From NCBI GenBank assembly GCA_963769935.1, contig CAVYNY010000007.1, positions 160,001 to 224,000 on the forward strand: a stretch of DNA of 64,000 nt, in the 5' to 3' direction. The DNA is from an uncultured delta proteobacterium (lineage in GTDB: Bacteria; Desulfobacterota; Desulfobacteria; Desulfobacterales; JAFDCJ01). This document shows, one piece after another, positions 20,111 to 30,487 of the stretch. Both the position numbers and the translations under genes were made by a program. The first letter of the stretch is position 1. The number at the start of each line of letters is the position of its first letter. The notes under the pieces were generated by a model. It saw nothing but the letters and a program-made list of their open reading frames with translations, did not search any database and was not told the origin of the DNA.

Positions 20111-20890
20111 GTGAATTCATCGCAATTTACCCAAAAGTTACCGTTTGAGGTGGACATAAGTATTTACCCTCCACTCGAGGAAATGCGATTGCATGTTGTT
20201 GCAAGAAGTAAACAGGCAGGCCAGAATCTGGAACTGTTGAGGGAAGTGCTGTCTTACTTCGTCTCTTCCGCCAACGCGGGGATGTTCTCAAGTCCTCCTT
20301 TCAGCCCTGAGCAGGCTTTCATGCGAATAGAATCTTCAGATGATCCGTCAGGGGACGAAATAAGATCCACGTGGGAGAGCCGATATGTAAGCCTGGGAGC
20401 GTATAAGATTCTCTTGGGAATGGTAGCCCAAAGCCACCATGGCCACGTGCCCCTGGCTTTCTTCGGGTTGTCTTCTGTGTCTAAAGTTGGTAATCTGATG
20501 CGCTTTGAAGGGGTGGTGTCGAGTCTCTATCCTGAACGAGCAGCTAAGGTCCCCTTCGACCTTGATCTGGCAGGAGATCTTGATAGTGTGACAATGCCGG
20601 CTATCCGCATGGAGTTTATAAGAAGTCTCGATCCAAACGAATTTCAGACAGTTGAGCAGTTAATTGCTGATTGGCACACACTTATTTTGCTTGGCGGTTA
20701 TCTGGACTCTTACGAAGCTATGGATAAATTACCAATGAATCCAGGCAAAACTTATCTGGCCTCTCCAACCACAGTAGAACACGTCCTTTATGGTTTTACG
20801 GGTCCATCTGCGGTCTATGACGCTCTGATAAACATGGCGGTGAAGCTGCATAAGAGTTTTTGCCCGATTTCGCGGATTGAAATCGAATAG
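20111..20890 (+). CDS. Hypothetical protein with a two-fold internal repeat
   Basis: 259-aa ORF with SD AGGA. The two halves begin KLPFEVDI and KVPFDLDL and end AYKILLGM..SH..VPL and VYDALINM..LH..CPI. Confidence 0.65.
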   Translation: MNSSQFTQKLPFEVDISIYPPLEEMRLHVVARSKQAGQNLELLREVLSYFVSSANAGMFSSPPFSPEQAFMRIESSDDPSGDEIRSTWESRYVSLGAYKILLGMVAQSHHGHVPLAFFGLSSVSKVGNLMRFEGVVSSLYPERAAKVPFDLDLAGDLDSVTMPAIRMEFIRSLDPNEFQTVEQLIADWHTLILLGGYLDSYEAMDKLPMNPGKTYLASPTTVEHVLYGFTGPSAVYDALINMAVKLHKSFCPISRIEIE

Positions 20891-20940
20891 ACTATATTAT
20901 TCCAAAAAATATCGATTAAAATAAAAGGGAAAACTGGCTG

Positions 20941-22185
20941 TTGATTATCAAAGATATCGTTTATCAACATGCTGAAGAAGCCGCCTTCCTCTGGCTGCAG
21001 CGTAACAGTGCTATTCATCTTCCTCCTTATAAGCTTAAAGACTTAGCTAAGTTGGACTGGCGTGTGGAAGCCCATATCGATGGTTTGCGCATTGCAGGGG
21101 ATGAAGGATGGGAGATTTGCAAGGAGATTCTTGCCCAGGAGGAAGCGGGTGAAGTTTTTACTGCAGCTGTTTTGGCTTTTGAAAGCGCGAACGAGGATCG
21201 GATTGATGGTGTTTTAGACGCAGGAAGCGGCGACCTGCAATTATCCCGCGGAATAATATCAGCACTCGGCTGGCTCTCCTATCCAAAAGCCGAGAAATTT
21301 ATCCAATTTTATTTGGTTTCAGAAACACCTGAACTCCGCCTGATCGGCTTGGGCGCAAGTGCCGTTCATCGCCAGGATCCTGGTAAAATTTTGCTTGATG
21401 GACTAAGTTCACCGGACTCTTTTGTGAAAGCAAGAACCGTCAAGGCCATCGGTGAGCTTGGGAAAAAGGAGTTTGCTGCTGCCGTAAAAGACCACCTGAA
21501 CGACAAGGACGAAAATTGCCGGTTTTATGCGGCTTGGTCGAGTTCATTGCTTGGGAACATGGCCGGGGTGCCGGTAATGAAAACGATTGCGGAGACTGGA
21601 AGCCCGCGCGCGGAAAAGGCATGCTCCATTGCACTGCGCCGGATGGGGGTTCCCGAAGGACATGACTGGCAGAGAGCAATCGCTCAAAACGATAATTTGC
21701 TGAGAATTGCGCTTATCGGTGCGGGGGCAACCGGTGATCCTGTATTGATACCGTGGTTAATCGAGCATATATCGAATCCGGAAATGGCGCGCGTTGCCGG
21801 GGAGTCCTTTTCGATGATTACCGGTGTCGACCTTGCTTACGATGATCTCGACGGGGAAAAACCGGAGGGCTTCGAAGCCGGTCCCACGGAAGAGCCGGAG
21901 GACGAAGACGTAGCAATGGATCCGGATGAGGATCTGCCTTGGCCGGACCCGAAATTAATACATGAATGGTGGAATAAGAATAAGAATAATTTTCGAAATG
22001 GGACGCGATATTTATGCGGTAAGCCGATTTCGGAGCAGCAGTGCCAACATGTGCTCAGATATGGATATCAGCGACAGCGCGCTGCGGCTGCGATCGAATT
22101 GGTGATGATGAAACCCGGTCAACCGCTTTTTGAGGTGCGTGCCGCCGGCTTCCGCCAGCAGAAACTGCTGGGTTTGAAGAAATAG
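20941..22185 (+). CDS. TIGR02270 family HEAT-repeat T6SS accessory protein
   Basis: QHAEEAAFLW, RVEAHIDGL, GDPVLIPWLI, ARVAGESFSMITGVDL, DPDEDLPWPD and GYQRQR. Confidence 0.9.
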   Translation: MIIKDIVYQHAEEAAFLWLQRNSAIHLPPYKLKDLAKLDWRVEAHIDGLRIAGDEGWEICKEILAQEEAGEVFTAAVLAFESANEDRIDGVLDAGSGDLQLSRGIISALGWLSYPKAEKFIQFYLVSETPELRLIGLGASAVHRQDPGKILLDGLSSPDSFVKARTVKAIGELGKKEFAAAVKDHLNDKDENCRFYAAWSSSLLGNMAGVPVMKTIAETGSPRAEKACSIALRRMGVPEGHDWQRAIAQNDNLLRIALIGAGATGDPVLIPWLIEHISNPEMARVAGESFSMITGVDLAYDDLDGEKPEGFEAGPTEEPEDEDVAMDPDEDLPWPDPKLIHEWWNKNKNNFRNGTRYLCGKPISEQQCQHVLRYGYQRQRAAAAIELVMMKPGQPLFEVRAAGFRQQKLLGLKK

Positions 22186-22398
22186 TTTTTAGACAGGTCG
22201 GACACGGATTAACACGGATTACACAGATATATTTTTGGTGTCAAGATTTAAAGAATTACCTCTGAATCCTCCATGGTTGAAAACCACATAAACCCTATTG
22301 CTTTTAAATCCGTGGAGATCTGTGAAAATGTGCTTGCCCTGTGAAATTTATATCTCCTTTCACCGGGGTGTCCCAAAATAAAATGACTGGTATTTGCT

Positions 22399-23310
22399 AT
22401 GGGTAATAACCATTCAAAGCCTGCCCCAAAAAGTCAATTGGTCGGGCAAAAAATCTATCCGGCCAGGACGCCGGGGTCTCTGGGATTGAACGATCAGGGC
22501 GATCCGTCCGTTTACTCGCGCTTGGGCAGCACCCCGGGACCGACGGGATTGAATGATTACGGCGAACAGGTTTGCTGGTCGCCAGGTGCCAGAGAATCCT
22601 CGGAAAGGAGCCGGCTATCCCAACCGCCGGCTGCCGACAATATCGTATCCGATGAGCCGGTTTCGGGTTCGGTTGCCCTTGGTTTTGGAGCGGCGTCGGT
22701 GGTTCGGATACCTGTGCCCGGCAGCGGGGGGCTGCACATCGAGCTGTCGCCGCTGGGATATGTTCCCAGGGGCGGCTCCACCTCAACGCTGTTTATCCAG
22801 GATATTACCGGCAAACGTCATTTGCGGCTGGACTACGGCTACAATAAATCGACCGGTAGGATCGACTACCATTGGAATCAAAAGGGAACGAGCAAAGTAT
22901 TTAACATTGCCGATCATACGCCGGCAGGAAGCGGCGGAGAGGCGCTGTATAAGGGCGCCAAGTATTTTCGCTACGGCGGCCGGGTGCTGCTGGTTGTCGG
23001 CGCCGCCGTCGATATATATTCAATCGTCGTTGCCAAGAAGCGTGTGCGTCAGGCTGCCAAAGTGATATCGGGATGGGCCGGCGCCTGGGTCGGCTGCAAG
23101 ATCGTGGGTGCCGGCGGGGCGGCTGCCGGTACTTTCATAGAGCCGGGCGGTGGCACAGCAGTCGGCGGTTTTGGGGGGTGCGTCGTAGGCAGCATCGGCG
23201 GCTATTTCGGTGCTTCCTGGGCGGCCGGTGAACTGTATGACTGGGTTGAAGACACGTTTTTTGAACCTCTCCCTGAAACAAAGGCGCCGACTGGTTTTCA
23301 ATTGCAGTAA
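22399..23310 (+). CDS. Hypothetical protein with a C-terminal glycine zipper, possible effector
   Basis: Duplicated TPG..GLND motif near the N-terminus. Hydrophobic GxxxG-rich C-terminus (GWAGAWVG...GGFGGCVVGSIGGYFGA). Confidence 0.7.
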   Translation: MGNNHSKPAPKSQLVGQKIYPARTPGSLGLNDQGDPSVYSRLGSTPGPTGLNDYGEQVCWSPGARESSERSRLSQPPAADNIVSDEPVSGSVALGFGAASVVRIPVPGSGGLHIELSPLGYVPRGGSTSTLFIQDITGKRHLRLDYGYNKSTGRIDYHWNQKGTSKVFNIADHTPAGSGGEALYKGAKYFRYGGRVLLVVGAAVDIYSIVVAKKRVRQAAKVISGWAGAWVGCKIVGAGGAAAGTFIEPGGGTAVGGFGGCVVGSIGGYFGASWAAGELYDWVEDTFFEPLPETKAPTGFQLQ

Positions 23311-23316
23311 CACCAA

Positions 23317-23636
23317 GTACATAATTTCATAAATACTGCTGAATCTCACCACAGAGGCACAGAGGACACAGTCCGCCGGAGGCGGATTCTTTTTACCCAT
23401 TCCGCCAGAGGCGGACCGATGGGCAAAAAAGGTCTGCACCTTCGGTGATAATTCTAAGCCTTAATCCACTGGCAATGGCCGTATGCCTATTAAGCGGATG
23501 CTTTTCGTTTGCCGTCGTCTCCCGGCAATCGAAAAAAATTACATCTCAGTGCCCTCTGTGCCTCCGTGGTGAAATTAATATTTTTTCAATATTCGGCCTT
23601 ATTATTATACGTTAGCGTATTTACGAATACATGCAC
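23317..23636. mobile_element. MITE-like element (same family as 12730 and 63275)
   Basis: Ends GTACATAATTTCATAAATAC and CGTATTTACGAATACATGCAC. Internal inverted repeat caccacagaggcacagagg / cctctgtgcctccgtggtg. About 130 bp nearly identical to 63434-63566. Confidence 0.7.
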
Positions 23637-23726
23637 TAGGTAAACCACTACAGAGTTAGAAAGCACAAAGAAAAATGCGTCGACTGGTTCTGACAATAAA
23701 TCCTCAGGATTCATGCTGGGAGCTTT

Positions 23727-24347
23727 ATGCCGGCAAGCGCGCCTGGAGTGCGGGCGTTGCTGGGGTGGGTCAGTGATGCAAAAACCGTCGATGCCGGTGT
23801 CCCGACTGCCGTCGCAGCCTTACTGACGCAGGCTCTATGTCGATGCGTCACGTTGACCTTTTTATGGCGGCCGGGCATGAGCAAATCATTATCCGAAAGC
23901 TGGCAGCCGGTCGAAAAAGGCCGGGCAAAACACCTAAAAGCCGGCCTCCTGGACAGGGTGCGCGGAAACCCACCCTTTACGCTGCTGGCCACCCATGATC
24001 CGGCGGAAGCGGAAAATCTCTTCTACAACGACGACTTCAGTTGGGAATTGCGTGCCCAGCGGGTAATTTTATCCCCGATCGATGTGCTTCCCGACCTGGA
24101 CTACCGCCTTGTCAGCACAATTTTCAATTGGCCTGCCAAGCTGGACGTCGCGGCGCATTTCCAGGGAACCAACGTGAGCGGCCTTTTGCTCCCCGGAGTG
24201 GATGGCGACTTTGCCGAACTGGTCGTATTCGACGACGATAAATGGCCGCCCTTGCAGCAGTCATTGGCGCAGGAATGTGCAGCTCGCGACTTTGACTTTC
24301 AGATTGTAGACGAACCGACATTCAAGCAGACAAAATGGGAGGGTTAG
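23727..24347 (+). CDS. Hypothetical protein, possible immunity partner (5' end may be frameshifted, alternative ATG 23675)
   Basis: 206-aa ORF after the glycine-zipper gene. An upstream ATG at 23675 (MRRLVLTINPQDSCWEL) is one base out of frame. Confidence 0.55.
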   Translation: MPASAPGVRALLGWVSDAKTVDAGVPTAVAALLTQALCRCVTLTFLWRPGMSKSLSESWQPVEKGRAKHLKAGLLDRVRGNPPFTLLATHDPAEAENLFYNDDFSWELRAQRVILSPIDVLPDLDYRLVSTIFNWPAKLDVAAHFQGTNVSGLLLPGVDGDFAELVVFDDDKWPPLQQSLAQECAARDFDFQIVDEPTFKQTKWEG

Positions 24348-24385
24348 GACACGGATTTTCACGGATGAACACAGATAAGAATTTT

Positions 24386-24608
24386 TTTCACCGCAGAGGC
24401 GCTGAGGCCGCAGAGAGTGATTAATTTTTATTTGCCGTTGAGAGGACGGCAAACATAAATAGCAATCCGCATATGTTCTACGCCGTGTAACCGGCCACGC
24501 AAAACGATTGCCCGAAGGGCCTGTAGTTTTAACATTCTGGCCTCTCAACAGAACGTTAAAAAAAAGCTCCTCTGCGACCTTTGCGACTCGAGCGAAGCGG
24601 GCGGTGAA
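24386..24608. repeat. Inverted-repeat element related to the internal part of the 12730 MITE
   Basis: ttcaccgcagagg...gcggtgaa arms. Internal atttgccgttgagaggacggcaaa matches atttgcctttgagaggaaggcaaa at 12860. Confidence 0.65.
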
Positions 24609-24938
24609 TCAATATTCATTGTCATTTCAAATACCACCGATCCACCGCTTCCCAAAATAAAAATTTTATTCAATAAATTAAATAAATTGCCTATGATATT
24701 GACATTTTCTTGATTAAATGCGCCTTGATTAAATGCGCCTTTTTAGATGTGCATCTGTGTAACATCCGGAATGGAATGTTATACATTTAGAAAGACCGTT
24801 AAATCTGCAGATTTAACAAGCAAGCAATAATATATTTGAAAGATCTAAAGAAGCTACTCAATCACTGGTTATGAGGATAAATGAATAATCCCAACGGTAG
24901 ACGCCTTTCTTTCACTCGGCTGGGAGTGCCACGATGAG

Positions 24939-25805
24939 TTGTTTGAGGATATTTGTGACGCTTTTATGAATGACGCTTGGTTTCCATGTTCCGACGGATG
25001 GTGGTTAGGGGTACACGAACACTTGCGCCGCAAGTACGCATGGGAGGGGTTTGTTCGATTAACGAAACATAAAACAAGGTATTTTTTTTTAAATCACAGC
25101 GAGGATGATTTTGATTGCCATGAAGATTACCCTCCAGCAAAAATTTTGGAAATTATATGTGAGGACATTCTGCGATTTGGCATGCTAAAGGAACTACCTA
25201 CTGGGACGGATTTATTCCGTGTTCGCACGGCTCACAGTGATGCTTCTTTTGAAACGTTTAATGAACTTGGGCCTCCTCCACCTCATTTAGCAAATGCTGG
25301 ACGCATGAATCCTCCAGGGATAAGCTATGGTTACTTCGCGAATTCGGAGCGTACCGCAGTGCTTGAGGTTTGTGACACTCCGCCAACTGAGCTTGCACTT
25401 GGTAATTTTAAATTAAAAACACCTGTAATGGCGATAGATTTATCGAGCATACCAACCCCACACTCTATATTTGAGGTTGAAAAAATGTTGGATAGAGATG
25501 CTATTCTATTTTTAAAGTCGTTTGTTACTGCCATCGCCACTCCAGTAGCAAAGAAAGGCAGACAGCATATTGAGTATGTTCCTTCACAAATTTTATCAGA
25601 ATATTTTTATCAAATATTTAGAATAAACGCAGATCAATCGATTGGTGCGTTGTTGTATCCAAGTTCACTTGATCCAGGAGGGGTTAATATAGTGATATTT
25701 CCTCCGAGAAATATTCTGGATAGTTGGAAGACATTATTTGAGCTTCGTAGCGCTAAAAAAATAATTTTTGAAAATTGGGAAAATTTTAAGAAATTTTTAT
25801 CATGA
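24939..25805 (+). CDS. RES-domain protein (possibly 5'-truncated)
   Basis: FRVR, GRMNPPGISYGYFA, AVLE, YVPSQILSEY and LYPSS. AT-rich compared with the flanks. Confidence 0.8.
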   Translation: MFEDICDAFMNDAWFPCSDGWWLGVHEHLRRKYAWEGFVRLTKHKTRYFFLNHSEDDFDCHEDYPPAKILEIICEDILRFGMLKELPTGTDLFRVRTAHSDASFETFNELGPPPPHLANAGRMNPPGISYGYFANSERTAVLEVCDTPPTELALGNFKLKTPVMAIDLSSIPTPHSIFEVEKMLDRDAILFLKSFVTAIATPVAKKGRQHIEYVPSQILSEYFYQIFRINADQSIGALLYPSSLDPGGVNIVIFPPRNILDSWKTLFELRSAKKIIFENWENFKKFLS

Positions 25806-25840
25806 ATTAATAAAAATAGGTCGACACCATATGGTATGGC

Positions 25841-25930
25841 TCATAACAAAATAGTTGAGCTGACGGCGTGATCTATGCGAATTTTGGTATGGAACCGTGC
25901 AAGATCGACACACATTGGGGCCGCAGCTAC
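25841..25930 (+). other. Degenerate integron attC site (right end lost)
   Basis: TCATAAC-AAAAT-AGTTGAGC-TGAC-GGC...GCC-GCA-GCT. Same L'' box as the attC at 36423, with an internal gatct..tgc/gcaagatc hairpin. Confidence 0.55.
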
Positions 25931-26207
25931 GACCCCAAGTCAGTATATCAAACGTCGATAATCGGAATTCTTTTAATGTGTCTACAACCATGTTTTTGCC
26001 GCTGGAAAGTGTTTCCTCAGAATGAATGACGACTATTTCCTGGCGATGCCTTCCTAAACCAAGAGGACATTGCTTGATCCGGCAAAAAATACGTACCCTC
26101 TATCCTCATATAGAAATTAAGTACATAGCTATGACCAGCCCCGGGGAATAAAGAGAACTACAGAAGTTTAGGGTAAGAGGAGATAGCCCAGATGGGAGTA
26201 AATCATA

Positions 26208-27149
26208 ATGACCAACGATCAGATTTTCATCAGCTATCGTCGCGATGACTCCGCGGGCTACGTCCGCGCCCTCTATGACAGACTTGTTCAGCATTTTGCC
26301 AAAGAGCGAGTTTTCATGGATGTGGATGAAATCGATCCCGGGCTTCCGTTTGATGAAGCCATCAAACATGCTTTAGATCAATGCAAGGTACAGCTCGTAA
26401 TAATCGGCAGGCGCTGGATGGACAAGAAGGCAGGCAAGGAGCCGCGCATCAACGATCCGAAGGATTTTGTACGGATCGAAATAGCAGCGGCGTTATCGCG
26501 CAACATATACGTGATTCCAGTATTGGTTGACGGCGCCAGCATGCCAGGCGAAGAAGAATTGCCGGAACGGCTTCGTTCACTGGCAAAACGAAACGCGATT
26601 GAGATCAGCAACAGCCGCTTTGACACAGATACTGAAACGCTGATAGCGGCTGTCCGTAAGGCCCTGGACGAAACTGATAGGCGCGCCACCCCGCGGAAAT
26701 TACGCAGGAGCAAACCTTTCTTGTATTGGTTGGCAGGTGGATTAGCGGTGGGGGGGCTTGTTACGATGGCATACCTCTATTCGGGGTTGCAGGACATGCG
26801 GCCTGACATCAACGGCGAATGGAGGGCAGATGTAACTTACAATTGGCTGAATGCAAGATATATCGAGAAATTCTACTTTCGTGGTAAAGGAGAGGAAGTG
26901 TACGGAACCGCTTCATTTCTTGGGACAAAGAGGGGAATTCTCGAGGGGAGCATAAGAAAGAATGTGCTCCAATTTATCACACGCACGAAGGAATTCCGTG
27001 GTGCAGATTCCAAGAACCCAAGAGATAGTGTGCATCATTACCGCGGTGCGCTCTTGGGAAAGGACATCAAGTTCATCATGCAGACTGAAAGCGGCTATTC
27101 GGAGCACGTTCCTATAGATTTCATAGCAAAAAAAGTGCCTAACCCATAA
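26208..27149 (+). CDS. TIR domain - transmembrane helix - C-terminal beta domain protein
   Basis: IFISYRRDDS, VFMDV and DFVRIEIAAAL (catalytic Glu retained). Hydrophobic segment FLYWLAGGLAVGGLVTMAYLY. Confidence 0.9.
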   Translation: MTNDQIFISYRRDDSAGYVRALYDRLVQHFAKERVFMDVDEIDPGLPFDEAIKHALDQCKVQLVIIGRRWMDKKAGKEPRINDPKDFVRIEIAAALSRNIYVIPVLVDGASMPGEEELPERLRSLAKRNAIEISNSRFDTDTETLIAAVRKALDETDRRATPRKLRRSKPFLYWLAGGLAVGGLVTMAYLYSGLQDMRPDINGEWRADVTYNWLNARYIEKFYFRGKGEEVYGTASFLGTKRGILEGSIRKNVLQFITRTKEFRGADSKNPRDSVHHYRGALLGKDIKFIMQTESGYSEHVPIDFIAKKVPNP

Positions 27150-27426
27150 GAATTGATACGACCTTCAAGGTCGTTTTCAATCCATGGTTCAAGAAGCCCG
27201 GTTGTTCATATGTGGCAGGCATAGGGGACGTTTTTCGGATTTACGGTTTACAAGTTCGGAATGCATATGATCCCGGGGAGACATGCCTTGAAAAGTTTGA
27301 ATAGACGTCCATGGAAAGCTGCAGCACATCATCGTATCCAAACCTGGTGTTAAACCCGGATAATGGCGGTAGTTAAAATTTAAACAATGACGGCTGGGCT
27401 AAATGGTTTCTATGGGGAGGGGTGTC

Positions 27427-28600
27427 ATGAATAAAAGAGGTTTTGATTTTGATTTTATAGTTGTCGGTTCAGGGTTTGGTGGAAGTGTCTCTGCCCTGCG
27501 TCTTTCTGAAAAAGGCTATGATGTTGCTGTATTGGAGAAAGGTAAGCGTTGGCAAAAAGATGATTTTCCGAAAACCAACTGGATGCACTTTTTGCGGATC
27601 ATGCATGGTGGGGTGCCCGGTTGGCGCTAAGAACACGCTGGATAAAAATTACTTGCACCTGGCAGAGGGTTTGGGGGCTCAAATCATTCCTGAAACTGAA
27701 GTAAGCGGTGTCAGGCCCTGGAATGATGGTTATGAGGTATTCATCAGGAAATCGACTGGTGTGTCTCATCCTAAAAAAACCTTTCGGACCAAAGGCGTCA
27801 TATTTAGCGGTGGTGTCCTGGGTTCCGTTAAGCTTTTGATGAAATGCAGGCAAAAAGGGCTTCTCCCCAATCTTTCCAATCAGCTCGGCAATTATGTCCG
27901 CACCAATTCTGAAGCATTGCTGGGAGTAAAATCAAGAGACAAGAATACCGACTGGAACGATCAAATCGCTATCACTTCCGGAATCTATGCGGACGACACA
28001 ACGCATGTCGAAATGGTTCGATATAATAAAGGGTCGGACGTTTTGCTTAATCTTCTTACTTTGATGACCGATGGTGGCGGCAAAATCCCGCGAACGTTAA
28101 GATTTTTTGGAAATATTGTAAAACATCCGGTTCAATTCGTGCAACTTCTATGGCCTTCTGGAAAGGCTTCGACGACGACTGTGGTGTTGGTCATGCAGAC
28201 CGATGAAAACTACCTTAAACTCGATTACAAATCCCGTTGGTGGCGGCTTGGTGGGCAAAGCATGAACTCAACTGTGCCTTCCGGAATGCGCAGAGCCCCT
28301 TCCTATATACCGATCGCCAATGAAATCACCAGACGTCTGGCCCGCAAAATGAATGGCACCCCCCTGAGTGCCTGGCCGGAAGCTGCCTTCAATGCATCCA
28401 CGACAGCCCATATCCTTGGAGGATGCTGCATGGGCGAGTCGCCTGAAAAAGGTGTTGTCGGGTTCAATGGTGAAATTTTCGGCTATCCTAATCTATTCGT
28501 TGCGGATGGGTCCATAGTGCCGGCTAACTTGGGGGTCAATCCAAGCCTGACAATCACGGCACTATCCGAATATATTATGTCCCAGATCTCTGGGAAATAA
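27427..28600 (+). pseudogene. GMC oxidoreductase (cholesterol oxidase-like) with an internal out-of-frame deletion
   Basis: [22 protein letters not shown] runs straight into [22 protein letters not shown] in another frame at about 27580. C-terminus TAHILGG and GVNPSLTI intact. Confidence 0.85.
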
Positions 28601-28645
28601 TTAGCGTTCCAATTTTTACAACCACACAATTTGTGTCGACGAAGG

Positions 28646-29403
28646 TCAGTAAGCTGTCGAAGATTTGAAGAAAATAACCGAGACAATCGTGCCCGTCAGA
28701 CCCACCAGGCCTCCCACAAGGAAGGCCACGGGGATGCTGGAGATATCGGCGATCACCCCAAACAGAATCGGTCCCAACACCTGCCCGAGGCTCAGCGAAG
28801 TCGTGAAAGCTCCCGTAGCAGATCCCATTCCATAGATTCTCCCCCTTTCAGTCCTGATCGCGATGGCCGAGGCACGCGAAACGGAACTGAATCCACCCAT
28901 GCTTATCGCCAGGACCACAAACATCAACATGCTGTGCGAGTAGGCGACGGCACACATGGACAAGGCGCTGCAGGTGCCTCCCATTAAAATGAGATTAACC
29001 TTCTGGGCTGGAAATTTATCGGCCATCAACCCGAACGGATACTGCATTATGCTTCCAAAGAGCATGTAGACGGAAAGAACCAGACCGATATCGGCCGGGC
29101 TCATTTTTTCTGCTCTTACGGCAATCAGCGGAAAGAATGTATTGAATCCCCACCGGTAAAATCCCCTTGTAATCATGTACACCATGATGCCGATCATGGG
29201 TTTGTCCTTGAAGACCGGAAGAAGGGACTTGAAGAAAGATGCCCGTTGCTTGCCCCGGCTCTTGACGGCGGGGCTTTCCGGCACGAGGAAAAGCATCAAT
29301 AGCAATACCAGCAGGGACAGCCCTCCCATGGCGTAGAAAGGCGCTTTAATATTGAACCGGTCGGTGAGATATCCGCCGAGGAATGGGCCGATCGCCATCC
29401 CCA
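28646..29403 (-). pseudogene. 5'-truncated duplicate of the MFS transporter at 33987-35159
   Basis: Near-identical protein from GMAIGP to the C-terminus. The N-terminal ~138 codons are replaced by unrelated sequence. Confidence 0.9.
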
Positions 29404-29526
29404 TAGGGCTATATTGAGCTTTGGGAGCAAAATACAGCGATATAGCAATGGCAAGAGCAAAAAGGCATTCCATACCGCCGTTAAGTCGGATAGGCACATG
29501 ATAATGCATTCAACTTTGGAATATAA

Positions 29527-29570
29527 ACTGTAACAAAATTGTTGACACTGTAACAAAAAATGTTACTATA
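29527..29570 (+). promoter_or_regulatory. higBA sigma70-type promoter with an overlapping operator palindrome
   Basis: TTGACA (29542-47), 16 bp, TACTAT. Palindrome GTAACA-N5-TGTTAC at 29550-66 and a second imperfect copy at 29530-46. Confidence 0.7.
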
Positions 29571-29576
29571 TAGCGT

Positions 29577-29852
29577 ATGATAAAAAGCTTTAAGCACAAG
29601 GGGCTATGTGAGCTGTTTGAAACCGGAGCAACACGCCGTGTTCGTCCGGATTTGCAGTCACGTTGTCTACGACGCTTGGAAGCTTTGGATCAAGCCGAGA
29701 TTTTAGCTGATTTGAATGTGCCTGGATTCAATTTCCACGGCCTTCGTGGAGTACCTAAACGTTACAGTATCCACGTTAATGGCCCTTGGTGCATCACCTT
29801 TGAATGGAAAGAGGGCGAGGCGCTACGGGTCGATCTTGAACAATATCATTGA
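29577..29852 (+). CDS. higB: HigB (RelE/ParE family) toxin
   Basis: MIKSFKHKGL..LF...YSIHVNGPWCITF..VDLEQYH. Confidence 0.9.
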   Translation: MIKSFKHKGLCELFETGATRRVRPDLQSRCLRRLEALDQAEILADLNVPGFNFHGLRGVPKRYSIHVNGPWCITFEWKEGEALRVDLEQYH

Positions 29853-29860
29853 GGTTAACC

Positions 29861-30178
29861 ATGCGAGAATATTATACAAAACGACCCTTAAATCGACCAC
29901 CGATTCATCCTGGTGAAATTTTGCGGGAAGATGTGCTTCCTGCGCTCGGACTTTCTGTCAGTGAAGCTGCCCGGAGATTGGGTATTTCAAGACAACAGTT
30001 GCATCGTGTATTGGCTTGTACCCATCCCATCACAATTGAGATGGCGCTCAGGATTGGAAAGTTTGCGGGAAACGGTCCCGGGCTATGGTTACGTATGCAG
30101 CAAGCGTATGATTTATGGCATACCGAGCAAGTGATGAAAGACGAACTGTCAAAGATTGAAACAGCTGCATCGGCTTGA
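29861..30178 (+). CDS. higA: HigA antitoxin (HTH)
   Basis: PIHPGEILRED, helix-turn-helix, ITIEMALR and WLRMQQAYDLW. Confidence 0.92.
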   Translation: MREYYTKRPLNRPPIHPGEILREDVLPALGLSVSEAARRLGISRQQLHRVLACTHPITIEMALRIGKFAGNGPGLWLRMQQAYDLWHTEQVMKDELSKIETAASA

Positions 30179-30319
30179 ATCATCATCATTTACAGGGTCG
30201 ACTGTTTTAGGGGAATGTCAAGTCTTGCGATCTTGCGGTACAGGGTTTTGCGGTCGATATCCAGCAGGCGGGCGGTTTTGGCCTTGTTCCAATCGGAGGG
30301 ACCGCGGTCCGGAGGGGAC

Positions 30320-30478
30320 ATTAGGGACGGGTATTGATATATTGATCGTTAGGCGGGAGCCTGGCATTTCGCAACCTACGGATAGCCAGCCGGTAAAACG
30401 AGGCGAAAAGATTGTGAAAGAAAAGGGACTTAAGCTGATCGGGTAATTTATTCCAATATATCAATACCCGTCCCTAAT
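30320..30478. mobile_element. Perfect 25-bp inverted repeat enclosing a RAYT-like transposase 3' remnant
   Basis: ATTAGGGACGGGTATTGATATATTG (30320-44) and its exact reverse complement (30454-78). The inside translates to GISQPT.SQ.VKRGEKIVKEKGLKL*. Confidence 0.7.
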
Positions 30479-30487
30479 TATCCCTTT

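Noticed and set aside
24709..24740. 15-bp tandem duplication cttgattaaatgcgc
   Set aside because: Only two copies in an AT-rich spacer. Probably a slippage event with no supportable function.
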